The notes beneath the pieces are model-generated. The model saw nothing but the letters and a program-made list of their open reading frames with translations, did not search any database and was not told where the DNA came from. Source: Malacoraja senta (Eukaryota). From it: DNA of 64,000 bases. The position numbers were made by a program, and so were the translations under genes. The stretch lies in the NCBI GenBank assembly GCA_038087875.1, contig CM075998.1, positions 6,202,001-6,266,000 on the forward strand, read 5' to 3'. This document shows positions 25,365-39,409 of the stretch, in pieces (positions within the stretch are counted from its first letter, which is position 1; each line of letters opens with the position of its first letter).

Positions 25365-25872
25365 CAAAGATGTCGTCAAGCTGGAAAGGGCACGGGGAAG
25401 ATTTACGAGGATGTTGCCAGGACTAGAGGGTGTGAGCTATAGGGAGAGGTTGAGTAGGCTGGGACTCTATTCCTTGGAGCGCAGGAGGATGAGGGGTGAT
25501 CTTATAGAGGTGTACAAAATCATGAGAGGAATAGATCGGGTAGATGCACAGAGTCTCTTGCACAGAGTAGGGGAATCGAGGACCAGAGGACATAGGTTCA
25601 AGGTGAAGGGGAAAAGATTTAATAGGGATCTGAGGGGTAACTTTTTCACACAAAGGGTAGTGGGTGTATGGAACAAGCTGCCAGAGGAGGTAGTTGAGGC
25701 TGGGACTATCCCAACGTTTAAGAAACAGTTAGACAGGTACATGGATAGGACAAGTTTGGAGGGATATGGAGCAAACGCAGGCAGGTGGGACTAATGTAGC
25801 TGGGACATGTTGGCCGGTGTGGGCAAGTTGGGCCGAAGGGCCTGTTTCCACACTGTATCACTCTGTGACTCT
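25365..25872 (+). mobile_element. CR1/HER1-type LINE 3' fragment
   Basis: KDVVKLER..GRFTRMLPGLEGVSYRERLSRLGLYSLERRRMRGDL; similar copies at about 14650-15095, 18813-19225, 40776-41276, 48578-48887, 53583-53920. Confidence 0.88.
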
Positions 25873-26145
25873 AAGAAGGGGGGATGGGAGGGACTGTGAG
25901 AAAGATTGGGAGGGAGAGTGAATGAGTGTGGAAGGGGTGCTGGAGGGAGGGAGAGTGAGAAAGGAGGGATGAAAGAGTGCTTGGGGAAAGGGTAGAGATT
26001 GCTGGGATAATGAGGGTGAATGTTTCAATGTGTTTGGAGTCTGGGCATGATGAATATTGCCACGAAGTGTGCCAGCAGAATGCTGCATTATGCTGCAAGA
26101 TACTGCAGTAGTGCTGACGCTCCAACCTTCCTCACTGTGTTACAG

Positions 26146-26222
26146 AAGTTCCGACGCCGAGTGCAGGAGTCGACCAAAGTGCTACGTGAGTTGGAGATCT
26201 CCCTGCGCACCAACTACATTGG
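26146..26222 (+). CDS. FMNL3: FMNL3 exon 4 equivalent: [26 protein letters not shown]
   Basis: TTACAG acceptor, 77 nt, GTGAGT donor; ends in phase 2 (GG). Confidence 0.95.
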
Positions 26223-26565
26223 GTGAGTGGGCAGTGCCAGGGCAGCAAGCTGAGGAAACAGCAGAAACCTTCAGGGGGGGGGGGGACGAGAGGGGAGGCT
26301 TGCAAGGCGCGTCAGCTATCGTTTCGCTGAACACCTCCGCTCAGTCCGCCTGTTGAATGTTGAAAAATCTTCATGCGCCTTCCCGTGCTTACCTGCCGTT
26401 AGCGAGTCTTCCCGAGTACCTGCCGTTCACGTTACGAGCCGCTAAGAGACGTCCCCGAGCTCCGACGTACCCGCTATGTTCATTCTCCGTGCTTACCACG
26501 AGTTTGATTTTTTTTAAACTCGGGGGAGCTCTTGGAATGAACTCGTACCGTGGGACAGGGCTATT

Positions 26566-26957
26566 AGAGTGAGGCCCAGCGCACATTGGAGGAACAGCAC
26601 CTCATATTTCACTTGGGTAGTTTACACCCCAGTGGAATGAACATTGACTTCTCTAACTTCCCTTGCTTTCCCTCTCTCTCCATCCCTCACCCTTCCCAGT
26701 TCTCCCACCAGTCTTACTGTCCAACTACATTCTATCTCTTTGTTGTTACCTTCTCCCAACTAACAATGATCTATTCTACATTTCCGCTGGAACTACATTC
26801 CCTTTGTCATGTTTTCACACCTTACCCTTCCATATCTCTATGCCTCCCACCCCCCTGACTCTCAGCCTGAAGAAGGGTCTTGACCCGAAACGTCACCTAT
26901 TCCTTCTCTCCAGGGATGCTGCCTGTCCCGCTGAGTTACTCCAGCATTTTGTGTCTG
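26566..26957 (+). mobile_element. Penelope-like 3' end: endonuclease C-terminus, 3' UTR, hammerhead motif
   Basis: EEQHLIFHLGSLHPSGMNIDFSNF, then CTGAAGAAGGGTCTTGACCCGAAACGTCACC at 26867. Confidence 0.8.
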
Positions 26958-29900
26958 CCTCGTCAGCTATCTGGGTTGTCTGCACCAGTTTTGAGTGTCA
27001 GTTAAGGGCCATGTGTTGATGGGACACCACAGACCTGCTGCATTCTTCCATAAAGTATGAACCGTCCTGAAGCCTGAACCAAAGGAGGGCGGCACGGTGG
27101 CCCGTACAGCGGCAGAGTTGCTGCCTTCCATCACTTACAGCACCAGAGTCCCGGGTTCGATCCCGACTACGGGCGCTGTCTGCACGGAGTTTGTACCTTC
27201 TCCCCATGACCTGCGTGGGTTTTCTCTGAGATCTTACCTTTACTCCTGCACTCCAAAGACGAACAGGCTTGTAGGTTCATTGGCTTGATATAAATGTAAA
27301 CATTGTCCCTAGTGTGTGTAGGGTAGTGTTAGAGTGCGGGGATCGCTGGTCGGTGCAGACTCGTTGGGCCGAAGGGGCCTATTTTCGCGCTGTATCTCTA
27401 AACTAAGCTCCCTCGCTACTGCACTGCACTGTCAGGCTGGGTAGCGTGTTGCAGTGCCTGGTGCAGGATTTGAACCCACATCCTTTGAACCAGGGGAGGA
27501 GAGCACTATGACAAAGCCACCGATAATGCAGCTCCTGCAGTAGCTCTGCAGACTTTCACAGCCATGTTAGAAGCATGGAGACTGGGAGAACAGAGGAAGA
27601 CACTCCAACCCACTCACTCTCTCTCTCCGCACCCAGCTGTTTGCTAAGTAAATACGAAACCATCCCCTGACCCACTCTGCTCTCTCCCCACGCCTTCCTA
27701 CAATTGGATATCAATCCATTTTATCTTTAAAAGATGCCCTGGTTGTACTTCTACCACTTCCTGTAGCAGAGCAGGATATGCATCAACCTTTGCTTTGCAG
27801 ATTGCGCTGTGTTGCACGCCATTGCCTGCACACCATCATTTGTTCTCTTACGTCTCAGGAGACAGTGTGTGGGCCACTAGCTTTGGGTTTGAGTCCTTCT
27901 GCAGAGTCACAAGCGCTGAACACTCTTGGCTGAGCCTGTGCTGTCCGCCATCTTAGGAGTGTGTGAACGATTTCACGCCTCCTGTCTGAACAACATCAGA
28001 GGGAGTTCAAGAGCCAAGAGTGTTTTATTGTCCCTGTGTCCCAGGTAGAACAGTGACATTCTAACTTGTAGCAGCACAACACAATATGGAAATAAAGTAC
28101 ACTGTAAACAATAGAATCAATTGTGTAGGATAGTGTTAGTGTGTGGGGATCGCTGGTCAGTGCAGACTCGGTGGGCCGAAGGGCCTGTTTCCATGCTGTA
28201 TCTCTGAACTAAACTCAACAATAGGCTGGAGACTGGCAGATGACATAGGCACTGAAAGGGTTAAGCCAGGAGACATTGAAAAGGAAAGGAAGGTGGTTTG
28301 CAAAAGATTTGAGTGGGGGGGGAGGTGTATGGGGTGGGGTTGGTAAGTAAGTAAATGGTGGGAATATACTACGGAAATGCCATTGTACAGCCTCAATTAC
28401 ACAGCAGACTGGGTTCAAATAGCAGGGAGGAAAAGCCTTACATTATCCATCATACAATGGCTTCCTACAGACTGCTGAATCCTTGAGATGCAGTGACCAC
28501 ACCACTCCTGCCTTACGAAGCCCGATCAGCGTGGCACGGTGGTGCAGCGGTAGAGTTGCTGCCTCACGGCGCCATAGACCCGGGTTCCATCCTGACTACG
28601 GGTGCTGCCTGTACAGAGTTTGTACGTTCTCCCCGTGACCTGCGTGGGGTTTCTCCGGGTGCTTCGGTTTCCTCCCACACTACAAAGACGTACAGGATTG
28701 TAGGTTAATTGGCTTTGGTAAAATTGTAAATTGTCCCAAGTGTGTGTGGGATAGCGTTAATATGCAGGGATCGCTGGTCGGCACGGACTCGGTGGGCTGA
28801 AGGGCCTGTTTCTGCGCTGTATCTCCAAACTAAACTAAACTGAAAAGATGGTGGGCTAACAGGGTGCTTGCTGCATTCTGACATGGGCCAGTCAGCAGGA
28901 TGTTTGGAGTTAGTTGTGCGTGTGCCTGCCATGGCAAGGCCCACTTACAGCACTTGTAACAGAACAATTCATTTAGTTTAGTTTACAGATACAGCACGGA
29001 AACAGGCCCTTCGGCCCACCTAGTCTACGCCGGCCAGCGATCCCCGTACACTAGCTCTAGCGCACACACACTAGGGACAATTTACCAAAGCCAATTAACC
29101 TATAAACCTGTTCGTCTTTGTAGTGTGGGGGGGAACCAGAGCACCCGGGGAAAACCCACGCAGGTCATAGGGAGAATGTACCAACTGTGTACGGACAGCA
29201 CCCATAGTCAGGATCGAACCCGGGTCTCTGTCGCCATGAGGCAGCAACTCCACCCCTGCACCACCGTGCCGACTGAATTCTTGGAAGTTCCTGTCGGAAC
29301 TGTATTGTGTAGGAAGGAACTGCAGGCACAGAGGCTGATTTAAACCAAAGATAGACACAAAATTCTGGAGTAACTCAGCGGGACCCTTCTTCAGACTTCA
29401 GTCTCGACCTGAAACGTCACCCATTCCTTCTCTCTAGAGATGCTGCCTGACCCGCTGAGTTACTCCAGCATTTTAGTGTCTATCTTTGGTACTAATCTTT
29501 CTAATGGTTATTGTCACCTATGCACAGTGGATTTGCAGCCCACAAATCCACAGTCGCCATATTTCGGCACCATTTACAAAGAAAGAAGAAAAAGTCCAAA
29601 GTCCAGTCGAACACCAATTTCCAAGCACCTGTTTTTGTTTTACCAGCATCCAATTCTAATTCCCCAATGATCTTCTGAAGGACAGCCCTCCCTGCTGCAC
29701 TCTGTGAAGCTTTGGACCCTCGCACTATTAAGCTGCTGAGCCCACGCATAATGCAATGATGGATCCTTCCTCATTATTGGAATGGCATGTTACATTTGTA
29801 TTCATAGCCAGAACATCAGCCCCAAATGATCCAAGATGTCCATCTCGAAGACTATATATTTTGTTTCAGGCGATGCATTTAACATGGTAAGCATTTCCTG

Positions 29901-30573
29901 TTTGACTAGAGGATAATTTGGGGCTGATGTTCTGGCAATGCTCCCACACAAGTTCTAAACTCAACTAAACTGAACTAAACTAATCTAAACTGAACTGCAC
30001 TAAACCCCAGGATGGTATGGGATGCCCGGCAGTGCTGAATTAGACTAGGGCAGGGCTCTGGTTTATGCAGGGCCCTGGTCAGAAGGATTTTCCCTTTATG
30101 AAAAGAACCTGCATTGGGTTCTCATTACATCATTTGAAAATAATCCAACGTGCAGTCTGATAAATTGTGCTTAATTGTCGTTAGGATGGACTGTGAACTG
30201 AACCCATTTGCAGAATGTTACACGTTAATTGGCTGCCCCCCTTGTTCTCAACCTAGGATTTTCTTTGCCCGAGAAAAGAGCTCCAGGCTTCACTGCTGGT
30301 TAGAAATACATACCTCTGCTCTTATCATTCAAATCTTGCTTTTAAAATGTGGACATGGGGCGTGCAGAATAAAAGTGTGGGATTCTTTGCCACAGACGGC
30401 TGTGGAGGCCAGGTCAATGGATAGATTGACAGATTCTTGCTTAGTACGGGTGTCAGGGGTTTATGGGGAGAAGGCAGGAGAATGAGGTTAGGAGGGAGAG
30501 ATAGATGAGCCATGATTGAATGGCGGAGTAGACTTGATGGGCCAAATGGCCTAATTCTGTTTCCTATCATTTA

Positions 30574-31132
30574 AGGGCCTGTCCCACGAGCATGCGACTG
30601 CATGCGGCAAGCGCGACCTAACGTGGTCGCTTGAGCCGTACGGCCTCGCGGGGCCGGTCCCACTTCGATCGCCGGAGCCGTATGGAGTTGTGTGGAGCTG
30701 GTCCCGACATCGTGCGGGGCTCCGAAAAACTGACCGTGTTCAAAAATTCCGTGCGGCAACGGCCTGCCGGCCCGCAGCCGCCTCGACGCCGTACGCACCG
30801 CCTCGAAGGGCGTGCGCAGCGTCTCGACGCTGTACGCAGCGTCTTGACGCCGTACGTCACGCGCGAACTCCCCACGGACTTCGCTCGAACTTCACGTCAC
30901 TCACTCGACCTCCGCGCGGCCCCCGCTTCCGGTTTGGTCGCGCTTGCCGCATGCAATCGCATGCTGTTGGGACCGGCCCTGTACGGGGATCACTCGGCCT
31001 CCGCGCGGCACCCGCTTCCGGTTTGGTCGCGCTTGCATGCTGGTGGGATCGGCCCTGTACGGGGCTCACTCGGCCTCCGCGAGGCCCCCGCCTCCAGTTT
31101 GGTCGCGCTTGCATGCTGGTGGGACAGGCCCT
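30574..31132. mobile_element. PIF/Harbinger-type MITE related to 5271-5820, with triplicated right end
   Basis: TIRs AGGGCCTGTCCCAC...GTGGGACAGGCCCT; exact TTA TSD (30571-30573, 31133-31135) inside a CR1 tail. Confidence 0.88.
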
Positions 31133-31856
31133 TTATGAACTTATAGCTGCCAGTGTGCATCGTATCGTTGAAGGGTTTGCTTTGCGGACTGTTAGCAGAT
31201 AAAAGCCATGTCCATTTTGCTGGGGGTGGGTTGTTGAAAGTGCTGTAAACAGCATCAACACATTTTGTGGAGAGCAGGAGTTGATGCCAAAATGAAACTG
31301 GAATGTTGTTGACATAGGATGTGAGTTTTCCAGCGCATGCACATTAGTCCCACTCGCAGTCGGCCTCGTCTTGTCACCCGCCGCTGGATGCTGTTCCCTT
31401 AGATAAGTGACAGGAGCAAAATTAGGCCATTCGGCCCATCAAGTCTACTCCACCATTCAATCATGCCTGATCTATCTCTCCCTCCTAACTCCATTCTCCA
31501 GCCTTCTCCCCATAACCCCTGACACCTGCACTAATCAATAATCTTTCAATCCCCACCTTAACAATACCCATTGACTTGTGGCCTCCACAGCCGTCTGTGC
31601 CAATGAATTCCACAGTTAAAGAAATTCCTCCTCATCTCTTTTCTAAATGTACGTCCTTTTATTCTGAGGCTGTGCCCTCTGGTCCTAGACTCTCCCACTA
31701 GTGGAAACATCCTGTCCACATCCACTCTCTCCAGGCTGAAGGATTGTGATGGATCTTTGTGGTCTGGCACTGGAGCAGGGACAGGGTAGAGGGTGGAACT
31801 CCCCCAACCTCACTGCATCGCCTCTACAGCCACAAACCCTTCAGCTCATCATCAGC

Positions 31857-33508
<1,652 letters not shown>

Positions 33509-35840
33509 AAGATCTCTTGGTTGTCCATCTCGACCTCTATCAGATAATCGAGGCAGATGATATGATACTACAGAGGTAACGGCAATGTCCCAGGACAGAT
33601 GGCAGCCCCTGGGTACCAGCCCCAGCCTCCTCAGTGCTCTGGACCAAAGGCTAGACGGTCAGGGGGAGAAGGTACAAACTCCGTAGTCAGGATCCAACCT
33701 GGGTCTCTGGCGCTGTGAGGCAGCAACTCTACCGCTGACCCAGAACCATGAAATAGAGCCACCTGGATGTGGCGGTGTGGATTTGAATCCAACAAGACTC
33801 CCCTTGTGTAAGGAAATGAGAGAACAGCAATAACAGCGGCAAATGGATCCTGTGCTTCCAGTGGTATTAAGCTGTGCACAAGTGTCTCCAACTCTAAGAC
33901 GTGCATGTCTGTAGGTTAATTGGCTTCGGTAAGTTGTAAAATTGTCCCTCGTGTGTGCAGGATAGTGCTAGTGTGCGGGATCGCTGGTCGGCGCGGACTC
34001 GGTGGGCCGAAGGGCCTGTTTCCGCGCTGTATCTCTACAGATTAAGCCGGGGCAGTGTTAGCCAAGGGAAAGGGGAAGCGTTTTCCTCTTTGAGGAATAA
34101 ATCAAAATGGAAGTGCAGCCACATCTGTGCTCTCCGAGTCGTGCCAAATCTGTGCACGAAAAAAACCAGGCTTGCCGACAACGTACATCCTACCCGATGA
34201 TCAGCCTCCATTTCCTGTCCCTTACAGGCACGTCTATTTTAGGCTCTAGGTGCCTGCTAAATCAACAGGCTGCAGAGTGATGGTCATAAACTCAACTGCA
34301 CAGATGTGAAAAACAGCTCCTGGGCTTCACGTCGCTGGCGTCAGCTGGTGCAGCGGCCAACAGCAGGAAATCAGGCACTTCCTCCAAATCAGAACAGGCC
34401 ATCTATTGGTACCTCTTGATAATGAAAATGGATGCACTTGTGATTGTTCTAAAGAGGCAGGATACAGCGAGCAGCCTTTCTGGCCCAGTCTAATGGGAAA
34501 GCTCCTGGACGTCTTGCAGCAGTTGTGGTCCTTTTAAAATGTTAACATTCTTGCTGTTGTTATTAAATTCCACTGCAGTCTCTCACCCTCACCCTCTCTC
34601 AACCTCGAGATCTTCCCAGGTCTCTGCTCTCCCAGTTCTACGTCTGGTTGAATATCCTGTTTATATTAGAGTAATGCTGGCTCACTATCCTATTTATTCC
34701 CTGCTTATCCTCTGTGGAGCATGAACAACCAATGTGTACAGTGCATTTCATGTCAGCAACAAGGTGTTTCACAGGCGTGTCACACTAATTAGCGGCAGGA
34801 ATATTGGTGTTCAGTGATTATGGTCGTGTGTATGGTATGCTCCGATGTGGCACTTTATATGTCACATGTACCGAGGTATCTAGTTCAGTACAATATCACT
34901 TTGTACACAGTTCAGTACAAGTATCACTTCACAAGTCTGAAGAAGGCTCTCGACCAGAAACGTCACCTAATCCTTCTCTCCAGAGATGCTGCCTGTCCCG
35001 CTGAGTTACTCCAGCTTTTTGTGTCTATCTTCAGTTTAAACCAGCATCTGCAGTTCCTTCTTACACTTAGATACATATTGGATAAGCAACTCAGATACAG
35101 TACAAGTGTATAACAGTAGAACACAGACAGCGTACAGTTGCCAGTTGTGGTAAGTGCAGGGATCTTGACCTGACCATGTAGGCCCATTGTCATGGCGATG
35201 TTGCAGGGTGGGCCTGGCCAAGTGTAGCCGTGGTGTCCTCCACCGCTGCTCCACCGATGTAGGCCGCGTGCGGTCCACGTGCTCGGCCTCTCGGAGCGGC
35301 ACCCGGGCTACAGTTCAGATACAGTGAAAAGCCCTGTTTCAATTCAGATAATACCATAGATGAATATAATCAAGTACAACAGGTAGAGCAAAAAGAAAAA
35401 TACCAGTGCAGGACATCGTTTTTAGAGCATAGAACAGTACAGATCAGGCCCTTCGGCCCACAATGTCCGTGCCGAACGCAATGCCAAGTTAAGCTGATCT
35501 CATCTGCCTGAACATGATCCATATCCCTCTATTCCCTACACTTCCACGTGCCAGCCTTAAAGCCTCTTCAACACCATTAGCCTCTCATATTTTCAGCATT
35601 GTAGTGGAACAGTTCGAGAGAAAAAGCCCAATGTCCACAGTGAGACAATCGGGAATGGGAAGGACCATTCAGGAGCCTGATAACAGAAGAGGAAAAGCTG
35701 TTCCTCAATCTGGTGGTGTTTGATTTCAAGCGTTTGTGGCTTCTGCCCAACGGGAGAGGGGAGAAGAGGGAATGACCGGGGTGGGAAAGGTTCTGGATTA
35801 TGTCGGCTGCTTACCCGAGCCAGCCTGGTGTAGATGGAAT

Positions 35841-36590
35841 CAATGGTGGGGAGTGTGGTGTGTGTGGGACTGGGCTACATCTACAATGGTGGGGAGTGTG
35901 GTGTGTGTGATGGACTAGGCCACATCTACAATGGTGGGGAGTGTGGTGTGTGTGGGACTGGGCTACATCTACAATGGTGGGGAGTGTGGTGTGTGTGGGA
36001 CTGGGCTACATCTACAATGGTGGGGAGTGTGGTCTGTGGGATGGACTAGGCCACATCTACAATGGTGGGGAGTGTGGTGTGTGTGGGACTGGGCCACATC
36101 TACAATGGTGGGGAGTGTGGTGTGTGTGATGGACTGTGCCACATCTACAATGGTGGGGAGTGTGGTGTGTGTGATGGACTGGGCCACATCTACAATGGTG
36201 GGGAGTGTGGTCTGTGTGATGGACTGGGCCACATCTACAATGGTGGGGAGTGTGGTCTGTGTGATGGACTGGGCCACATCTACAATGGTGGGGAGTGTGG
36301 TCTGTGTGATGGACTGGGCCACATCTACAATGATGGGGAGTGTGGTGTGTGTGGTGGACTGGGCCACATCTACAATGGTGGGGAGTGTGGTGTGTGTGAT
36401 GGTCTGGGCTACATCTACAATGGTGGGGAGTGTGGTGGACTAGGCCACATCTACAATGGTGGGGAGTGTGGTGGACTGGGCCACATCTACAATGGTGGGG
36501 AGTGTGGTGTGTGTGATGGACTGGGCCACATCTACAATGGTGGGGAGTGTGGTATGTGTGATGGTCTGGGCCACATCTACAATGGTGGGG
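35841..36590. repeat. ~45-bp minisatellite (about 17 units)
   Basis: Unit CAATGGTGGGGAGTGTGGTGTGTGTGATGGACTGGGCCACATCTA with shorter variants. Confidence 0.95.
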
Positions 36591-37914
36591 CGGATGCATA
36601 GCTTGAAGGTTATCTTGGGTAAGGGGCAACGCATGCAGGTTCGGTGACCAAGGGGTAAGGAAAGGAGAGAGAGGAGCATACACAACTCTAGCCAGAGGCT
36701 GTTGAATCTGTGGAATTCTTTGCCACAGACAGCTGTTGAGGCCAAGTGATGGTGATACAGCGTAGAAACAGGCCCTTCGGCCCAACTTGCCCACACCAGC
36801 CAACATGTCCCTTCTACACTAGTCAGTGGATATTTTTAAGACAGAGATAGACAGATTTGTAATCAGTACGGGTGTCAGGGGTTATGGGGAGAAGGCAGGA
36901 GAATGGGGTTGAGAGGGAGAGATAGATCAGCCGTGATTGAATGGCAGAGTAGACGATGGGCCGAATGGCCTAATTCTGCTCCTATAACTTATGAACATAT
37001 GAACAGCGAGCCACAGCTGAACACGTTATGAGTGGAGGGGTATGAAAGGGAAGTTTCAAGAGAGTTAGATTTAGCTCTTAAAGCTAAAGGAATCAAGGGA
37101 TATGGGGAAAAAGCAGGAACGGGTACTGATTGTGGATGATCAGCCATGATCATATTGAATGGCGGTGCTGGCTCGAAGGGCCGAATGGCCACCTCCTGCA
37201 CCTATTGTCTATGTTTCTAAGTAGGGGGAATGCCAAGTTGGTCTCAGACTACACCATGATTACCTCTGGACCATGCAGGCTCTTTATTTGGAGTCTCTGG
37301 TGTTGGAGACAGTTACTTAGCATCGGCAGACATCAATGTCTTTATCCCACCACACAGAACAGCAGCAGATCAAACAACGAGAAGCAGCAAGAAAGGTCCT
37401 GACCCAAAACATCGTCTGTCCCTTCCCTCCACAGATGCTGCCTGACCCGCTGTCATAGAGTGATACAGTGTGGAAACAGGCCCTTCAGCCCAACTTGCCC
37501 ACACCAACCAACATGCCCCATCTACACTAGTCCCACCTGCCCACGTTTGGCCCACATCACTCTAAACCTGTCCTATCCAGATGTCTCTTAAATGTTGTTT
37601 TTGTCCAACTGGCTTTGAAATGTTATGATAAGATTTAAAGTTGTGCTTTGAACAGAACCAGCCTCGGCTGACAGTGCATGAATGTGTTGGAAGGAACTGC
37701 AGATGCTGGTTTACACCGAAGATAGACACAAAGTGCTGGAGTAACTCAGCGGGACAGGCAGCATCTCTGGAGAGAAGGAATGGGTAACGTTTCGGGTCAA
37801 GACCCTTCATCAGACTGATCCTTCTCTCCAGAGATGCTGCCTGTCCCGCTGAGTTACTCCAGCATTTGTGCCTATCTTCAGTACATGAATTAATTCTATT
37901 TTACTCTTTTCTAG

Positions 37915-37998
37915 ATGGGTTAGAGAGTTTCTAAACGATGAAAACCAGGGCCTGAATGTGCTGGTTGACTACCTGTCCTTTGCACAGTGTGCGGTCAT
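37915..37998 (+). CDS. FMNL3: FMNL3 exon 5 equivalent: (G)[27 protein letters not shown](M)
   Basis: TTTTCTAG acceptor, 84 nt, GTAAGT donor; phase 2-2 joins GG|A. Confidence 0.95.
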
Positions 37999-38900
37999 GT
38001 AAGTAGCCATGAGCAGAGGCATTGCCATCGCACGTGTCCATCTCGGTTCATTCATTTATCACCCTTCCAGTTTTAGTCCTGTTCATTCTCTGCTTTTTCA
38101 TTTCTTATCTCTGCTGTCCTTGAAATCTTTCAACACCTGAAGCTGGGCTGAACAGATTGCTAGGAGTGGATGCATTCAGACAATATGCAGCGTAGACAAT
38201 ATAAAGCCCCTTCAACACTCTTGCGGTAAGTAACGTGTGCAGCAAAGTGCCCACTTAGGGCGTCACAGTGGCGCAGCGGTAGAGTTGCTGCCTTACAGCC
38301 CAAGCAGGGCCAGAGACCCGGGTTCCATCCCGATTACGGGTGCTGTCTATACGGAGTTTACACGTTCTCCCCGTGACCTGCGTGGGTTTTCTCCGAGATC
38401 TCCAGTTTCCTCCCACACTCCAAAGACGTGCAGGTTTGTAGGCTAATTGGCTTGGTGTAAGTGCAAATTGTCCCTAGTGTGTGTAGGATAGTGTTAGTGT
38501 GCGGGGATCGCTGGTCGGTGCGGGCTGGGTGGGCCGAAAGGCCTGTTTCCGCGTTGTATCTCCAAACTAGACTAAACTTAGTTCTTGTGTGGGCCAGTAA
38601 CAAGGAGAGTGTAACTTTCCTGCACATCTGTGCATTTTATATTTAAATCCCAATCGTTTTAATTTGCCCGTGTAAACGCCTGCACACATCAGCGTCAAGC
38701 GAGTCAAGAGTGTTTTTTGTCAAATGTCCCACATAGAACAATGATAGAACAACAGAATATATAAATAGCGGGCACTGGAAACAATATAATAAATGAGAGA
38801 GAATAAAAGAGTTCAGTGCGTGTTTCTATACACATACCCACAAATACACATACTGTATATTTCCATCATAACTCAGCGGGGACAGGCAGCATGACAGACA

Positions 38901-39146
38901 GCCAGGATGACCATCACAAACCCAACGCTGAAGAAGGAGGTAGACACAAAATGCTGGAGCAACTCAGCGGGACAGGCAACATCTCTGGGGAGAAGGAATG
39001 GGTGACGTTTCGAGTTCAGTCTGAAGAAGGGTCTCGACCCGAATCGTCTCCCATTCCTTCTCTCCAGAGATGCTGCCTGTCCCGCTGAGTTACTCCAGCA
39101 TTTTGTGTCTATCTTCAGTTTAAACCAGCATCTGCAGTTCCTTCCT
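38901..39146 (+). repeat. Copy of 44158-44405 (unique flank plus palindromic PLE element)
   Basis: Shares the unique 40-nt flank GCCAGGATGACC...GAAGGAGG and the same inversion junction. Confidence 0.85.
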
Positions 39147-39375
39147 ATATTTTTATAGGAATATACACATATATATATATACATATACACACACGCACAC
39201 AAAAAACAAACAAGCAGTAACAGGTTCACCTGTCATTGGGGGCATACCCAATTCTGCTAGCCCTTGCTGTCCCCTCCCCTTCATCAGCCCTCTGGTTGTC
39301 TCCTCCCCTCCCCCAGCCCTCGGGCTCCTCCTCCGCCTTTTTTCCTTTTTTCATTTCTTCTCCCCACCCCCTATC

Positions 39376-39409
39376 AGTCTGAAGAAGGGTTTCGGCCCGA
39401 AACGTTGCC
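39376..39409 (+). ncRNA. Putative minimal hammerhead ribozyme, second PLE subfamily
   Basis: AGU-CUGAAGA-A-GGGU(UUCG)GCCC-GAAA-CG-UU^GCC; stem II retained with U-G pair and UUCG loop; stem I only 2 bp. Confidence 0.5.
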
